63,857 nucleotides of DNA, filler included, from Trichomonas gallinae (GCA_008369845.1; 7 parts of 7 records of this genome joined end to end with filler, not necessarily neighbours in it), one strand, 5' to 3'. Counted from the first letter of the whole stretch, positions 20,701-28,801 are shown. Translations and numbers: made by a program. The notes: generated by a model not told the origin, from the sequence alone.

Positions 20701-23477
20701 TCAGTGCAGTTGCATTCTGCGTACAATGAATCCCAATGGCGGACGTGAAGTGAAGAGTTCGACAGACTCTGGAGATTGTTGAGAACAGCTTTAAACTCTG
20801 TCGTGACTTTCTTGAGCTCATCGAATACAGGAGTCTTAAGAACACCAAGAGAAAGTGTATCTATGATGGAAGAAATGTAATTGAATGTTTGTAAGAAACT
20901 TTCAACATCAATTTCAGAGAAAGGTGAGTTTCTCGTGAAATCTGTGAGTCTCACCCAGTCCTGGATAGCACTGAACATCAGCAGCATTGCATCAACCGTC
21001 TTGATGATTGTCTGGTAGAAGCTGAAGTCGTTAAACTCGATTTCTGTTATTTGCTGCATAGAAACAAGTTTCTCGATGTCATCGTGCAAAGAAGAAATCT
21101 TTTCTTTCTGATCTTTGAACTTTTCTGTGTACATCTTGATTGAGTTCGATATGTCATTGAGTGTAGATGGAATAGATGTGATATCTGCATAAATCTTCGA
21201 AAGAACTTTTTCCATATCTTCGACTTTTGTCTTCAACAAGCCAGAATATTCGTCTCTGAACTTTTGCTTGTTAGCAGTTGCGATTTGTTCAGCTTCAGTG
21301 AATGCTCCCATTAATTTATCCAGTGGATTGACTTGTATTGTGTTGATCTTGTATTTTGAAAGCAGCTGGATACCTTTGTTGACAAAATCAATTTCTTCGT
21401 TAATCGCTGGCTTAACTTTTTCGGTTCTTTTAACAAGTTCACACAATGAAATGTACGAATCAAGTATCTTTGGTTCGGCGTTTAAAGCTATTGAGTAGTT
21501 CTTCAAAACGTTTTCAGTGAGAGCGATTTTCATTTTGACCAATTTCGTGATTAATTCTTGGATGTCGTCGATTCCCTTCTTAGGAATGGGCAATAAAATA
21601 GATCTGAAATTAGATGAATCGATGAATAAAGCTCCTTTTGATGTCCTCTGCCTGATGCTGTTAACAGCTTCTTGATCTCTTACGAATCCTTTAAGAGCTT
21701 TATCAACTTCATCGAAATCAACAACAGGCTCATCTTCTGAATGTATCAAGAAATCATCCTCTTTTTCTCCTTCTCTGACTTCGGATATTGTTCCAGTAAA
21801 AGAGTCGCCTTTTCTAGTAAACAAGAATTGCCTTGCATCCCAGTCTTGTCCTAGCTTGAAAATGTTGAAATATTCGGAGAAATTCTTCGTGGATTCGACA
21901 GCTTCTTGATATGATTTTTTGATGATGTTAATAATGTTTTTCTCTGCATTCACGTGTTCGTTTCTCGAGTGAATGAGCATGATGAAATTGGGGCCAAGTC
22001 TGTAGACAGTCTCAACATCGAGTCCGGAGTCCCTTATGAAAGGCCTGAGATCGATTTCATGCAAAACTCTTGGAAGAGCGTTTACCATTTTCATGCTGAT
22101 TTGAATTTCGTTGACTATGACTCTCTCGAGCTCGCTGAGTGTTGGCTGGATGGCGATCATTCCATCCTCAGAGAAAACAACGTCAACTTTGAAGACTGAA
22201 GACATATCAGTCGAAAAAACTGAATCTGCATATTCGAAAGCGTCGATTGTTGCTGTAACGAGATTTTCGAGAATCATGTAATCGACGGATCTGATCATTC
22301 CGCCGATAGCTCTAATTTCTTCGTTGACTGCATCTGTTTTCTCTTTGCGGAGTTCGGATTTCAGTTTTTCGAGATTTGCAAGTTGAGTAATGTTTGGCGG
22401 ATTCTTTCTGCCCTTCCAGAAGTCTTTGTCTGCGACTTCTATAAGTTGCTTATCACTTAACTTAGCGTAAATGTCTTTAGAAATTTTGCGAGATATATTT
22501 TCTATGTATTTTAAGAATTGTGACTTTAAATTGTCTTTAAGAGCTTTGCTACGCTCTTGAAATTCATTTAATGTGTACATTTTCTGTGTTTCAAATGCAA
22601 ATAAGTTATCTTTGATCATTTTATCAACAGATAATGTAGATGTATAGAATTGGAGCTCGTTTGTAAAGAATTCTGGGTTCCTAAAGAATGGTCTGCAACG
22701 AATTGCTTGATTTAGTTCTTCATATCTTCTTCTTAAAACAAATTTTTTCCAAATCGTGAATGGATACCAGTAGCTGTATTTTTGGAAGATTTTAAGCCTT
22801 CTCACGCTTTGGAAAATCGATTCTTCCCTCGCCCATTGGTCGAGAGCGATTGATTCTGTAAAACCAGAAGGATCTACGTGTGTTACACCAGTCGCTGACA
22901 TCATAAAGTAGTCATTACCGATTTCTGCCGATGTAACTTTCTTCAAATCGTAAGGTGAAAAATCTGGATCTGATGGATTTTTAGCGTAAACGAGATAAAT
23001 GAAGCGCAAACCGTGGCCATCTTTGTGTTTTGAAAAGTAAGCGATTGGTTCTTCATCAAAATCGATAGAAAGCTCTTCTGGCTTCAATTCTTGATTATAC
23101 AAATCGTGTGGGACTTTTCCTGAATTTTTAAGACCTGATAATGGCCTAGTTTTTCCTAGTGATGTTTGTAATCGCGATTGAACTTTCTTTGTTGATGTTA
23201 GCGGTGAATATAAAACGGGTTTTGTATTTTTACTTGCTCTGTTTCGCATTGCATATAAACCAGGATTCTGAATAGCGAGAATAGGATCTGAATGCTCAGA
23301 TCCTGGCTTTTCTAAGTTAAAAGTCTTAGTATCTTCCAAAAAATTCGATGTTTCAAAAAGCATTCCTTGGCTTTCTTGGTGCAATTTCGATACAGATGCA
23401 TGAATTGGCTTATATGTCTTATGTTTCGGGGTGTTTTCTTCCGCAGAAACTAAATCCGGGTCAGCAAGCCAATTCAT
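11703..23477 (-). CDS. divergent axonemal (inner-arm, DNAH6-like) dynein heavy chain
   Basis: 3924 aa. N-terminal FIYL..FSPYDL..YFMMSATGVTH..WARE; linker end RQLCPRFNFLSDLEIL; FGYEYWG..RLIFTP; P-loops GPTHSGK and GPPHTGKS; coiled-coil stalk flanking an MTBD-like segment; AAA6 PNFRLII. Confidence 0.93.
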   Translation of the reverse strand: MNWLADPDLVSAEENTPKHKTYKPIHASVSKLHQESQGMLFETSNFLEDTKTFNLEKPGSEHSDPILAIQNPGLYAMRNRASKNTKPVLYSPLTSTKKVQSRLQTSLGKTRPLSGLKNSGKVPHDLYNQELKPEELSIDFDEEPIAYFSKHKDGHGLRFIYLVYAKNPSDPDFSPYDLKKVTSAEIGNDYFMMSATGVTHVDPSGFTESIALDQWAREESIFQSVRRLKIFQKYSYWYPFTIWKKFVLRRRYEELNQAIRCRPFFRNPEFFTNELQFYTSTLSVDKMIKDNLFAFETQKMYTLNEFQERSKALKDNLKSQFLKYIENISRKISKDIYAKLSDKQLIEVADKDFWKGRKNPPNITQLANLEKLKSELRKEKTDAVNEEIRAIGGMIRSVDYMILENLVTATIDAFEYADSVFSTDMSSVFKVDVVFSEDGMIAIQPTLSELERVIVNEIQISMKMVNALPRVLHEIDLRPFIRDSGLDVETVYRLGPNFIMLIHSRNEHVNAEKNIINIIKKSYQEAVESTKNFSEYFNIFKLGQDWDARQFLFTRKGDSFTGTISEVREGEKEDDFLIHSEDEPVVDFDEVDKALKGFVRDQEAVNSIRQRTSKGALFIDSSNFRSILLPIPKKGIDDIQELITKLVKMKIALTENVLKNYSIALNAEPKILDSYISLCELVKRTEKVKPAINEEIDFVNKGIQLLSKYKINTIQVNPLDKLMGAFTEAEQIATANKQKFRDEYSGLLKTKVEDMEKVLSKIYADITSIPSTLNDISNSIKMYTEKFKDQKEKISSLHDDIEKLVSMQQITEIEFNDFSFYQTIIKTVDAMLLMFSAIQDWVRLTDFTRNSPFSEIDVESFLQTFNYISSIIDTLSLGVLKTPVFDELKKVTTEFKAVLNNLQSLSNSSLHVRHWDSLYAECNCTEKYVPEVTIHQLLTYGILSNDAAVAQVTSFANAEAEIELEFISVHERWHHIKLPLQETAVLTEDTLAIAPIDPILTEISDSLITLEKIQSNPYSGNIRNQCSELIQNLNNVHQILESWFLFQRNFNCVATIFKSDEARKMLPKQAEKYLDTQSTWHEIARHVMNDNRLFEVCSYKNLYSIIRKMDKTLEEVISTSSPLIDRKRQLCPRFNFLSDLEILKLITTKSFESFTHIIVKVLMGVVKFDTHESDQENNESFQRVKIYGLIGNHSDTLSFLHQVGYSSDVETFVNDIIEAMQAGMREHISVSLVLFPTMPFAEWVQQTSTYIAHIVLNIVLMREVFECFKMLETHPKAFLDFEALLQRRINDAIGVRALNIPENDKPKIASIIIFLLSIRDRFKEIYQPRWNYQQELAFNNILSYSFQGSTNDVIVELGTNKWSFGYEYWGQVPRLIFTPEIESVYQDVAAAGSLFGQTLISGPTHSGKILIARHLASMFGSPAFVFNSFPEINAASLKRIVIGTSTIGAWTIIAGIERMTDSKLAYLFDCSWQINSLNNTGKINIEGQSIPYSKQSRILFTTSAKTEQLPQQIRSFARIVAMRSPDLETFAQIKLLTTGFHDYAELAPKLVAFLKSIKPLLGFKTPLPEMNAIIENAANFRRTGSEDAMLASACYDFFESQCDHSVLTHLVYASFPLGESFEELIEKVEYARYNEDREAFRALIIKECSRLSVKIPTQFFVNNVVTVKELLVNRMCVIIVGPPHTGKSLMTKVLENVMKQPEFKKQFPKIKPFKVINCYMNSDISQNMYGETVDGVYKHGQIISIVNEKIDSRKDYNVIMKFDGPITKEFDSFITSFLGTPDLSSFGLGSIDTFHKDSGNPGIIIETTDISHASPSLIARSAIVMSYEDVDKNCAMFNPLLTLSHAASFVRDLTSDSINSVYEAFKIIAPDVVSKIYNTRNPICYVKEPQFTNDDARYISEVLPYQSCVYALSTLSKNKEMLATQAQITSVLAFSMFHVYSGILDEKEQWKFERWLRDKYSINIDPWPEYMPKDFLEAFPTPTLQSVCIEFNKLRPLDANISSKEGGFVVPFAYLPTINTLTQVFHTHLNILLHSPDQTRLDMFLSIFFQENPDIRPIFIHSSSDLSAAHIAKYISKMTDYTDKSVHYDESFVFVVECVQKTHITMMEFIRMIIEEARVRLSSPYDPKFCEFIKLPPIRIIVTTNDISSLPGRFLSHFLPIRLDELTASSSRIVSKKYLQSSGLSALKCEWISKFIVDILEQLDDKNIARHSFNICKKINSYADKADTILCTKMIMALLYYTTLHKYDVSFYRDLIINIAEETLPTPFEKKVVQDFLQLNSLCIADYDKDNNIILIEKSYETFYQEIADMYKKARADHDDIINFDFAPLNMRNFASLMMAIKEPGRNSILVGKDVVKKFAYSKLYSYSNNYKFVHLIRHISHKDFVTHLSNAFNDALEGYKTLFFVEPESDAIGRKIMKKCINICFTQFFARDNFSEVLEKVQKKFGENKSFEELYKLTNSLVSSSIAFVVSSTKAIKNTSNFHSFAPVNPVDSDIKYLFQSFARESGMENFFIDTVPNCSDYVIELCKLAKPEGVPSIFLSKFMNIFFILSRKKNAELDQNFEKCSRAAQCFMEMDHEMKTIQLKINLLNPNLNAVRVDSDSLSRSYQARKETIESRREVLNAEMSVKKKELDALESIVTKLTEKFNSLEPKINEHRSQVESLTTNDIKTILIATEDPSPFVRSLLECVCIFMNCEPDYDKNGAKLLHDENFVQNVLNNVKPFILGPFEQGQLKRFLERPEFSKVNWDLIPPGLKFIYDYIVTIEAITAVKEDLNYNLNKLEAITDEYNKVNEATSSELKSFEAIEITLQKDEALLKDLTAQLEKYESEHKALSERLTVLSKLADSHELLRNSWEKDLTHMMELKRTVIVTNLLFAFSVCYLLDIHERERDMIFSTAKSIVKPIMAVPENYSEFMNEFMFDNFPDHSTNRIDCISGIHISVAVTLGLHLFYTMLIIDKDGFALRAFEATSGVKIVSQSISNIDFVIRDAMEHGTPLVITDIHKATPLLLAANDQLCPSSNTKIIFNGEDIPVKEGFKIILYTAGDVNLVPQNLMSRVIIVRCDADKSPIVRDYFNSVILQYLKKDSQKDYIAALAVKRNHRIQTKNSMQKALELITAVDADTFLTDTKRIDEFCEAKNSYMIGAAENESIPEEAAYYEEIIPFKEHVDLLAVVWYILSQRIILYNPNITFDITHLGQILFNCMTHDGISAKCNEKLLKKLKSSLIISCIQTAYLALPFTGASIFTFRLAGYREQKVELDSIKVAEILSVIVNKNDDKLDYDARYIPEKVDIPFILGSSTPDALYAIIKYIKNHTVDNFMTLINPFQADQMISSSSTQVSLVISKDICPTPLIHAYAMTRSHLDSICVVSISEAQESIATAEKMVNQVLKNGSLAIVHYMSPSEEAAAVIADIYWKMKSGQADPNFRLIIVCHTPTYLPERLISEAKKMNYESEISTRLLAQQLFTRHSSAIQVSTNTVQIKKLSFCLLLQIVLSVARAFYRPGGFINEPIMNVASFADIVKQIPLIVAASPSDIQVENLYQQTMRLVFPGIADPFDRRTVDALMRYLISPEALNEGFSIDGDSKSAWSVPGDIPLTNIAQQLVNLPLLPDGITVGMSKSAARIRDLVVAQKLILEFKHVNPDPTLTPDIQKILLDLLEKMPRSLSSIDPRKFSSVKGTFLRHEIEFFNDIVAYVHKSIEGTLRGTHVSSSLLFNKVPDEWKSFSKIYTCVTPQSFIQSLTNRYEQYQRWLENSISPVVDASCIFDVNAFLNAHLVEVSLQKKTEVNKIEYKFSIAKEKEEVQDGDLLLAGIYIAFGDVDEAGNIILVKDDDIMTCPFKKLPGIVCKPIIIEEESEDDDQSMMQSQTLSTAGPITLTFPLIPQATVTLGASEAAWGIDLPITGDDYDYIRAGTALYTNVLEQLL

Positions 23478-23583
23478 TTCACTCTAAAACAACGTACACC
23501 AAAAATAATCGGTTTCCCCACAAATCTTAAAATTTTCATTACACAGGGGCTTACAAAATTATTAAGGGGGCATATTATAACTT

Positions 23584-23790
23584 TTTTGAAATTTGATTCT
23601 ATGCCTATTTTATCATACAAAATATTAATTACTTGAAGCATAGACAATAAATCATGAAGATAGTTTCAGATTTGTGCTTTATAATATCAAATTTGAAAAT
23701 TAGTTCTATGACTATTTTACTTTACAAAATGTTAATTATTTGAAACATAAGCAACAAATCTTGAAAAGAAATTCTCATTTTGTTCAATAT
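23584..23790. repeat. degenerate ~107-bp tandem duplication (2 copies)
   Basis: ttgaaatttgattctatgcctattttatcatacaaaatattaattacttgaagcata (~23586) versus ttgaaaattagttctatgactattttactttacaaaatgttaattatttgaaacata (~23693). Confidence 0.8.
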
Positions 23791-24054
23791 ATTCATTTTG
23801 GAAAATAACATCATTTTGTTTAAAATTAGATATTGGAGATACAACCATTCATTGCTTTAGTGTCATTATAACAAACCGAAATGTATCTTTAATTATAATG
23901 ATTAGATTATATTTTCAAATTTCTAAAAAGAGACAAAACTATAATATAGAAATATGGTAAAAAGTGAAACTAATACTATGTTTATTATATTGAATTAATA
24001 AAAAATGAATAATCTGAAAAAATTAGAAAATTTTAAGTTTATTGAAAACACTGT

Positions 24055-25191
24055 TTATTGAGCTTCATTTGTGCAGATAAGATCCTTAATTCCGTTGTGT
24101 GTGAAGTTGAAGTTGGAATCTTCTTTCAGCCAGATATATCCTTTCTCTAAAAGAGGATGATAAAGCATGATTTCGTTTGGTTTAACAACTGTTGAATTTG
24201 AGCAGACTCTTGTTCTCAAATCATCACTGATTTTGAGTTTTTTGATATCTTTCTTAATGAAATCATAAACCGAGTTAATTGCCTCGTCAAGATGATATCC
24301 ATGCTTGAGATCTTCGAAAATTCTTTCAAAGATGCCTCCGTGATAACCAAATTTGGCTACAATCTTTTTGAGCTCATTTTGGGTAAAAATCTTGTATTTC
24401 TTGTAGAATATATCTTCTGGTTGCGTTACACCGCCAACATCGTAAATCTTAATGCTTGATTCGAATAATGAGAATTTCGGTCTAAGAGATGAATCTTTAA
24501 GCTCACAGACAATGGGGACATGGTCAACATAGTCCTTTCTTAATGCGAATCTGCTAAGTAAAGCATCAAATAACTTAGGTGAATAAAGTAAAATATTATC
24601 GATTGAATTGAAAAGGCAAGCTACTTGCATCGCCGGGTTGATTTCTTCAAGTGCATTGAAGAACTCGGACCATCCGATGATTCCATCATGTAATAAATCG
24701 ATTTTAGAAGAAAGATCGTAGTATAGTTGTGAATATATTGGATTAAGGCCATAGTCTGCTTCTATATTCGACGATGGTAAATATTTGGTCAGAAATCTCT
24801 TCTGAGCTTTAGTTGGTGGATTCTTTTCTGCTAATCCAGTGAAAACTGCTGTTTTTATTAATCCAATGATATCATTTGTATTTCTAGCTGTTGAAAAATC
24901 TGCGTGAATAACAAAACTATTATCGCGTTGTAAAATGTATTTAACTTCTTCAAGAGCGCGTGATTTTCCAGTCTGATAGCCACCTGTTAAAACAACAATG
25001 TGACGCGTTGGAACTGTGCTAATATACTGATACAGTGTTCTGTTTAATTTAGAATCCCATCCATACGGAATTCTTCCAGTATGGCGTACGAATGGCTTAC
25101 GGAGGGTTAAGATGAATATAATAATGATGATGAGAAGTATAAACAAGCTCCACCAAATAGTTTTAGTTAACTTTTTGTTGCTTGTTGCCAT
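24055..25191 (-). CDS. membrane-anchored P-loop NTPase-like protein
   Basis: N-terminal TM segment WWSLFILLIIIIIFIL and Walker A VLTGGYQTGKS. Walker B is unclear. Confidence 0.75.
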   Translation of the reverse strand: MATSNKKLTKTIWWSLFILLIIIIIFILTLRKPFVRHTGRIPYGWDSKLNRTLYQYISTVPTRHIVVLTGGYQTGKSRALEEVKYILQRDNSFVIHADFSTARNTNDIIGLIKTAVFTGLAEKNPPTKAQKRFLTKYLPSSNIEADYGLNPIYSQLYYDLSSKIDLLHDGIIGWSEFFNALEEINPAMQVACLFNSIDNILLYSPKLFDALLSRFALRKDYVDHVPIVCELKDSSLRPKFSLFESSIKIYDVGGVTQPEDIFYKKYKIFTQNELKKIVAKFGYHGGIFERIFEDLKHGYHLDEAINSVYDFIKKDIKKLKISDDLRTRVCSNSTVVKPNEIMLYHPLLEKGYIWLKEDSNFNFTHNGIKDLICTNEAQ

Positions 25192-25420
25192 AAAAATAAT
25201 TTTTTGTTGTTGAAATTCGAAATTTTGTAATTAAGATAAGGATTTTTGTGCTCTTTAATTTACACTAAAAATTAGTCGAAAAGGTGAAGATTTTATCGAT
25301 CAGAATAAATCGAAAAATTAAAACAATGCAGATCTATAGATTTCAGTTCTATATTTATTTCCGTTTGTTTCTGCAATGCATATTTCATATAACAATATTG
25401 TTCAAACTCATTTTACGAAT

Positions 25421-25660
25421 CAAAATCAATTTCATAACAAAAAATATTGAAATGAACCAATTTTAATACTTCCTTTATATACAAATAAGCCAGTAAAATA
25501 TTTAATATAAAACAGAAATGCTCAGATAGATTATTTCAGAAACAAAACCAATTCCAAAGAAGAAACCATGAAAATGAATCAATTCTTATACTTTCTACAT
25601 ATGAAAATAAACTAGTTAAATACATAAAATAAAACAAAAGTGCTTAAAATGAATATATTA
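25421..25660. repeat. degenerate ~122-bp tandem duplication (2 copies)
   Basis: aaatgaaccaattttaatacttcc...aaataagccagtaaaata...aaaacagaaatgct versus aaatgaatcaattcttatactttc...aaataaactagttaaata...aaaacaaaagtgct. Confidence 0.75.
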
Positions 25661-25902
25661 AAATAAATTTCATTTTTATAATAAAATAATGCGAAAGTGT
25701 AAATTTTAAAGCAACTATTATATATTATTTTAACCTAGATATTAATTAAAGTAAAACTTCTCAATTCGAATTATTGATTTTCTCAATGAAAATATATTTT
25801 TCGTTTGGATCCAAATGAAATGATAGTTGAAAAGGTGTTGATGATTACATTAAATACATCTATTACAATTTATTAGAAATATGAAAAATAACATATATGA
25901 AA

Positions 25903-27084
25903 TCAGTCAGTGCATCCTGGACATCTTTGAAGGATTTCGTGGATAAATGGATCACATTGCTTGCAGAAATAATGGTTGCATTTAGTACACCTGCATGGTT
26001 TTTCGTTTTCAACGAAAGGTGCATTGCATCCAAAGCAATGATCAGTTTGTGGGTTTTCGTCTTCAACGAAAGGTGGGATTGGATTCAAGTGGCTAACAGT
26101 CCTTTTGAGATAAGCTGGAGAAATCAAGAAATCGCGGCAAACTGGACAAAAGCATGGAATACTGAATACGCGTGTTCCACATCTTGGACAGTTATAACCT
26201 CCGTACTGTGGAGTCTCTGGCTTGTTTGTAGAACCTGGTGGATTTGACATGAGTTTGAAAACATCGAAAGCTGGCTCAATTGGATTTGCAATTGATGCAA
26301 AACCGAATGGAATATAGTATTTTCTTTGATTTCCCATATATTCTGGCGGGATAACAAAAGAATGGAAAATATCATGCAAATGCTCAATAGAAACTGGAAC
26401 AAAGTAATCACCACCTGATTCTTGGGCAATTCTTTCGAGAACAAAGACTTTTGCGCCAAGACCAATGATAGAAATTTTAATCTTAGAGTTTTTAACAACA
26501 TTAAGAGTCTTGAAGATTGGTGAGTTATCGCATGTTGTCAATGAGCCATAAACAATCAACACTTCTTTTGTAGTGGAAATTTGTGCAAGTCCTGGATTTT
26601 GATTTCCATTTCCGAGAATTGCTGTAGCGATTGAGAGTGAGTTTTCGAGCGATGGTTCACCGCTGTGATCTGTTTGCGAAATTTTCTTAACTACGCGAAT
26701 GTGATCATCAACATTGCATGAAAGAGGTGTTAAAATATGGCAAGTTGAATCATATGTCGCAAGTATAGAAAGCTGTGATAATGGATTTTGAACGAAAAAG
26801 TCGTTGATAAATTCTATGGTTAAATCTTGGATTAATTTCATTCTGTTTTGATTAAATGCTCTTTGTTCGAGGCCATTAGTTGATAAATCTAGAATTAAAA
26901 CCACAGATCTAATCAGACCACGTGATGCAGAAAGCAATGCCTTCTTCTTTTTTTCGACTTCACTATCCCATTGTTCGGTCTCTTGAACAAGGCGCAAATC
27001 ATTATTCTCACCAACATCAAGGTTGTCCCAGATATTGTCACGACGTCCCCAGCGCCTTACAAGATTAGATTTGCCTTCTTCCAT
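25903..27084 (-). CDS. GTF2H2: TFIIH subunit p44 (Ssl1)
   Basis: RGLIRSVVLILDLS, FFVQNPLSQL, GEPSLENSL, EVLIVYGSLTTCD, GYNCPRC..CPVC and a C-terminal C-rich RING-like CFGC..CTKC..FCKQCD.FIHE.L..CPGC. Confidence 0.96.
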   Translation of the reverse strand: MEEGKSNLVRRWGRRDNIWDNLDVGENNDLRLVQETEQWDSEVEKKKKALLSASRGLIRSVVLILDLSTNGLEQRAFNQNRMKLIQDLTIEFINDFFVQNPLSQLSILATYDSTCHILTPLSCNVDDHIRVVKKISQTDHSGEPSLENSLSIATAILGNGNQNPGLAQISTTKEVLIVYGSLTTCDNSPIFKTLNVVKNSKIKISIIGLGAKVFVLERIAQESGGDYFVPVSIEHLHDIFHSFVIPPEYMGNQRKYYIPFGFASIANPIEPAFDVFKLMSNPPGSTNKPETPQYGGYNCPRCGTRVFSIPCFCPVCRDFLISPAYLKRTVSHLNPIPPFVEDENPQTDHCFGCNAPFVENEKPCRCTKCNHYFCKQCDPFIHEILQRCPGCTD

Positions 27085-27099
27085 TTAGAGTTTGTTCTA

Positions 27100-27128
27100 A
27101 AAAGTGACAATTGTCATTCGTCACTTTT
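27100..27128. promoter_or_regulatory. back-to-back initiator-type elements (AAAAGTGAC ... GTCACTTTT)
   Basis: Inverted repeat 16 nt upstream of the p44 ATG, with internal palindrome TGACAATTGTCA. Each arm contains a TCACT initiator on one strand. Confidence 0.6.
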
Positions 27129-27139
27129 ATTGTCACATT

Positions 27140-27769
27140 TGTATCTTAGCAGAGAAAATCATTTCCCGGCATAATATTAAAGCATCAGGGAGTGAAATTC
27201 TTAATGTCGATGACTCACTCTGCATTCTTGATAAAATTCATTCTAAATATGATGTATCTGATAGATTCAATCAAAGAGGAAAACATATAAATAGTCATAG
27301 AAATGTTTTCATTAAAGCTGCGAAAGAATAAAATGAAGACTTGATTCTGATAATCCTCGAAGCTGGAATTGACATTAATTCGAGAGACTATTGGAAAAAT
27401 ACAGCTTTGATTTCTGCTACAGAAGAAAGCCAATATGAGATTGTTAAAATACTTCTCAGAGTTCCTGGATTAGATGTCAACGCGAAAGACAATCACAACT
27501 ATACAGCCTTAATGTGCACTTCATATAGTGGTAATCTGGAATTTGTTTAATTACTTCTCGCTATTCCTGGAATAGATGTCAACGTAAAAACAAATGACTT
27601 CCAGACAGCTTTGATGTGGGCTTCAAAAAAAGGTTGTTATGAATTCGTCAAAGTTCCTGAAATAGTTGTAAACGCAAAAGACAATAATAATAAAACAGCC
27701 ATAATTTATGCTTCAGAAAAAGGTTATCGTGAAACTTCAATTTTGTTGAAAGACAATCGTAAGATTTAA
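27140..27769 (+). pseudogene. ankyrin-repeat pseudogene
   Basis: One frame reads ...IKAAKE*NEDLILIILEAGIDINSRDYWKNTALISA...LDVNAKDNHNYTALM...EFV*LLLAIPGIDVNVKTNDFQTALMWASKKG...NAKDNNNKTAIIYASEKG. In-frame TAA at 27329 and 27548, and no start ATG. Confidence 0.88.
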
Positions 27770-27850
27770 TTAGTTTTAAACTAATTTTTTAGACGAATAT
27801 ACATATGAAAATTTATATAATAAAGCCAGCATTTCAGTTTCACCAATGAC

Positions 27851-28801
27851 TCAAATCGAATGTGGATCTATTTCACCCGTGACAAGCTTTGTGAGTAATT
27901 CACCTTCCATGTGCGAGCCAATAATAGGATCTAAACTAGTTGTTGGCGTAAGATTTACAGTTTTCTTTAAATCCGGATCATAAACAATTTGATGATTAAA
28001 AATCATCATTGTTTGATGAAATGCTGTTTCATAATCGTCAGGAACTGTAAACTTTGGCTTAGTTCGTGCGAATTTTATAATTTCATCTGCATCTTTGTAT
28101 TCTTGCATTAAATTAAGAGCTGTTTTGAATCCCATCATTTTGATATGTTTTCCATACACATCTGTGATAAGACAGCAGAACTGGGTGAATAAATCTGGAG
28201 TTAAGTCAAGAAATTCAAGAACTTCTTGATAAACCACATAATCTACCATTCCTTCGCTATTTAACTTAAAGAGTGTTACTGGACTCTTATAGCAAATGAG
28301 GTCTGTATCCTCTGTTAATACAATATCAGCAAAATTATTTCTTACTAAATATGCAAGCTGTGCATCAGCTTCGAATGGAGCAACAACATATGGAATATTC
28401 TCTGATTTTAAGTAATCGATTAATACTTTTACTGTTGGATGCTTAATTGAGACTGTTTTTGCGTATGTAAGTGTATCATCTTTTCCTGACTCAACTTCTT
28501 TTATTGCTTCATCTCTTATCTCTTTTCTTTCCAAATTCGTACCAGCTTTACCAGGGAGGGGTCTTCCATCAAATACGAAATATGGAATAAGTCCATTTGC
28601 CTTTAACATATCAATATTCTTCTTGCAGTAGCGTAGTATGAGCGGCGTGGCCGGATCTTGCAGTAATTCTTTTGCACATGAAAAAGCAGAGCGATGCAGC
28701 CAAACGAAACCATCTATTGCAATTCTTTTACCACTAAATAGCGATATATGGCCATGCTTGACAACATGCTTAATAGAAGGAAGCAAGTTATTGATTCCCA
28801 T
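27851..28801 (-). CDS. EXO1: XPG/Rad2-family 5' nuclease, exonuclease 1-like (catalytic core only)
   Basis: MGINNLL, RIAIDGFVWLHR, FVFDGRPLPGK, VAPFEADAQLAYL, TEDTDL and FNHQIVYDP. ATG at 28801. Confidence 0.88.
   Translation of the reverse strand: MGINNLLPSIKHVVKHGHISLFSGKRIAIDGFVWLHRSAFSCAKELLQDPATPLILRYCKKNIDMLKANGLIPYFVFDGRPLPGKAGTNLERKEIRDEAIKEVESGKDDTLTYAKTVSIKHPTVKVLIDYLKSENIPYVVAPFEADAQLAYLVRNNFADIVLTEDTDLICYKSPVTLFKLNSEGMVDYVVYQEVLEFLDLTPDLFTQFCCLITDVYGKHIKMMGFKTALNLMQEYKDADEIIKFARTKPKFTVPDDYETAFHQTMMIFNHQIVYDPDLKKTVNLTPTTSLDPIIGSHMEGELLTKLVTGEIDPHSI

Noticed and set aside
23508..23556. RNase MRP-like ACACAGGGGCTTA
   Set aside because: No GAAAGUCCCC partner at a suitable distance; it lies in the dynein promoter.
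27329..27550. Stop-codon reassignment (TAA as sense)
   Set aside because: Conserved genes here end in TAA, and the ankyrin frame also lacks a start and has a deletion.
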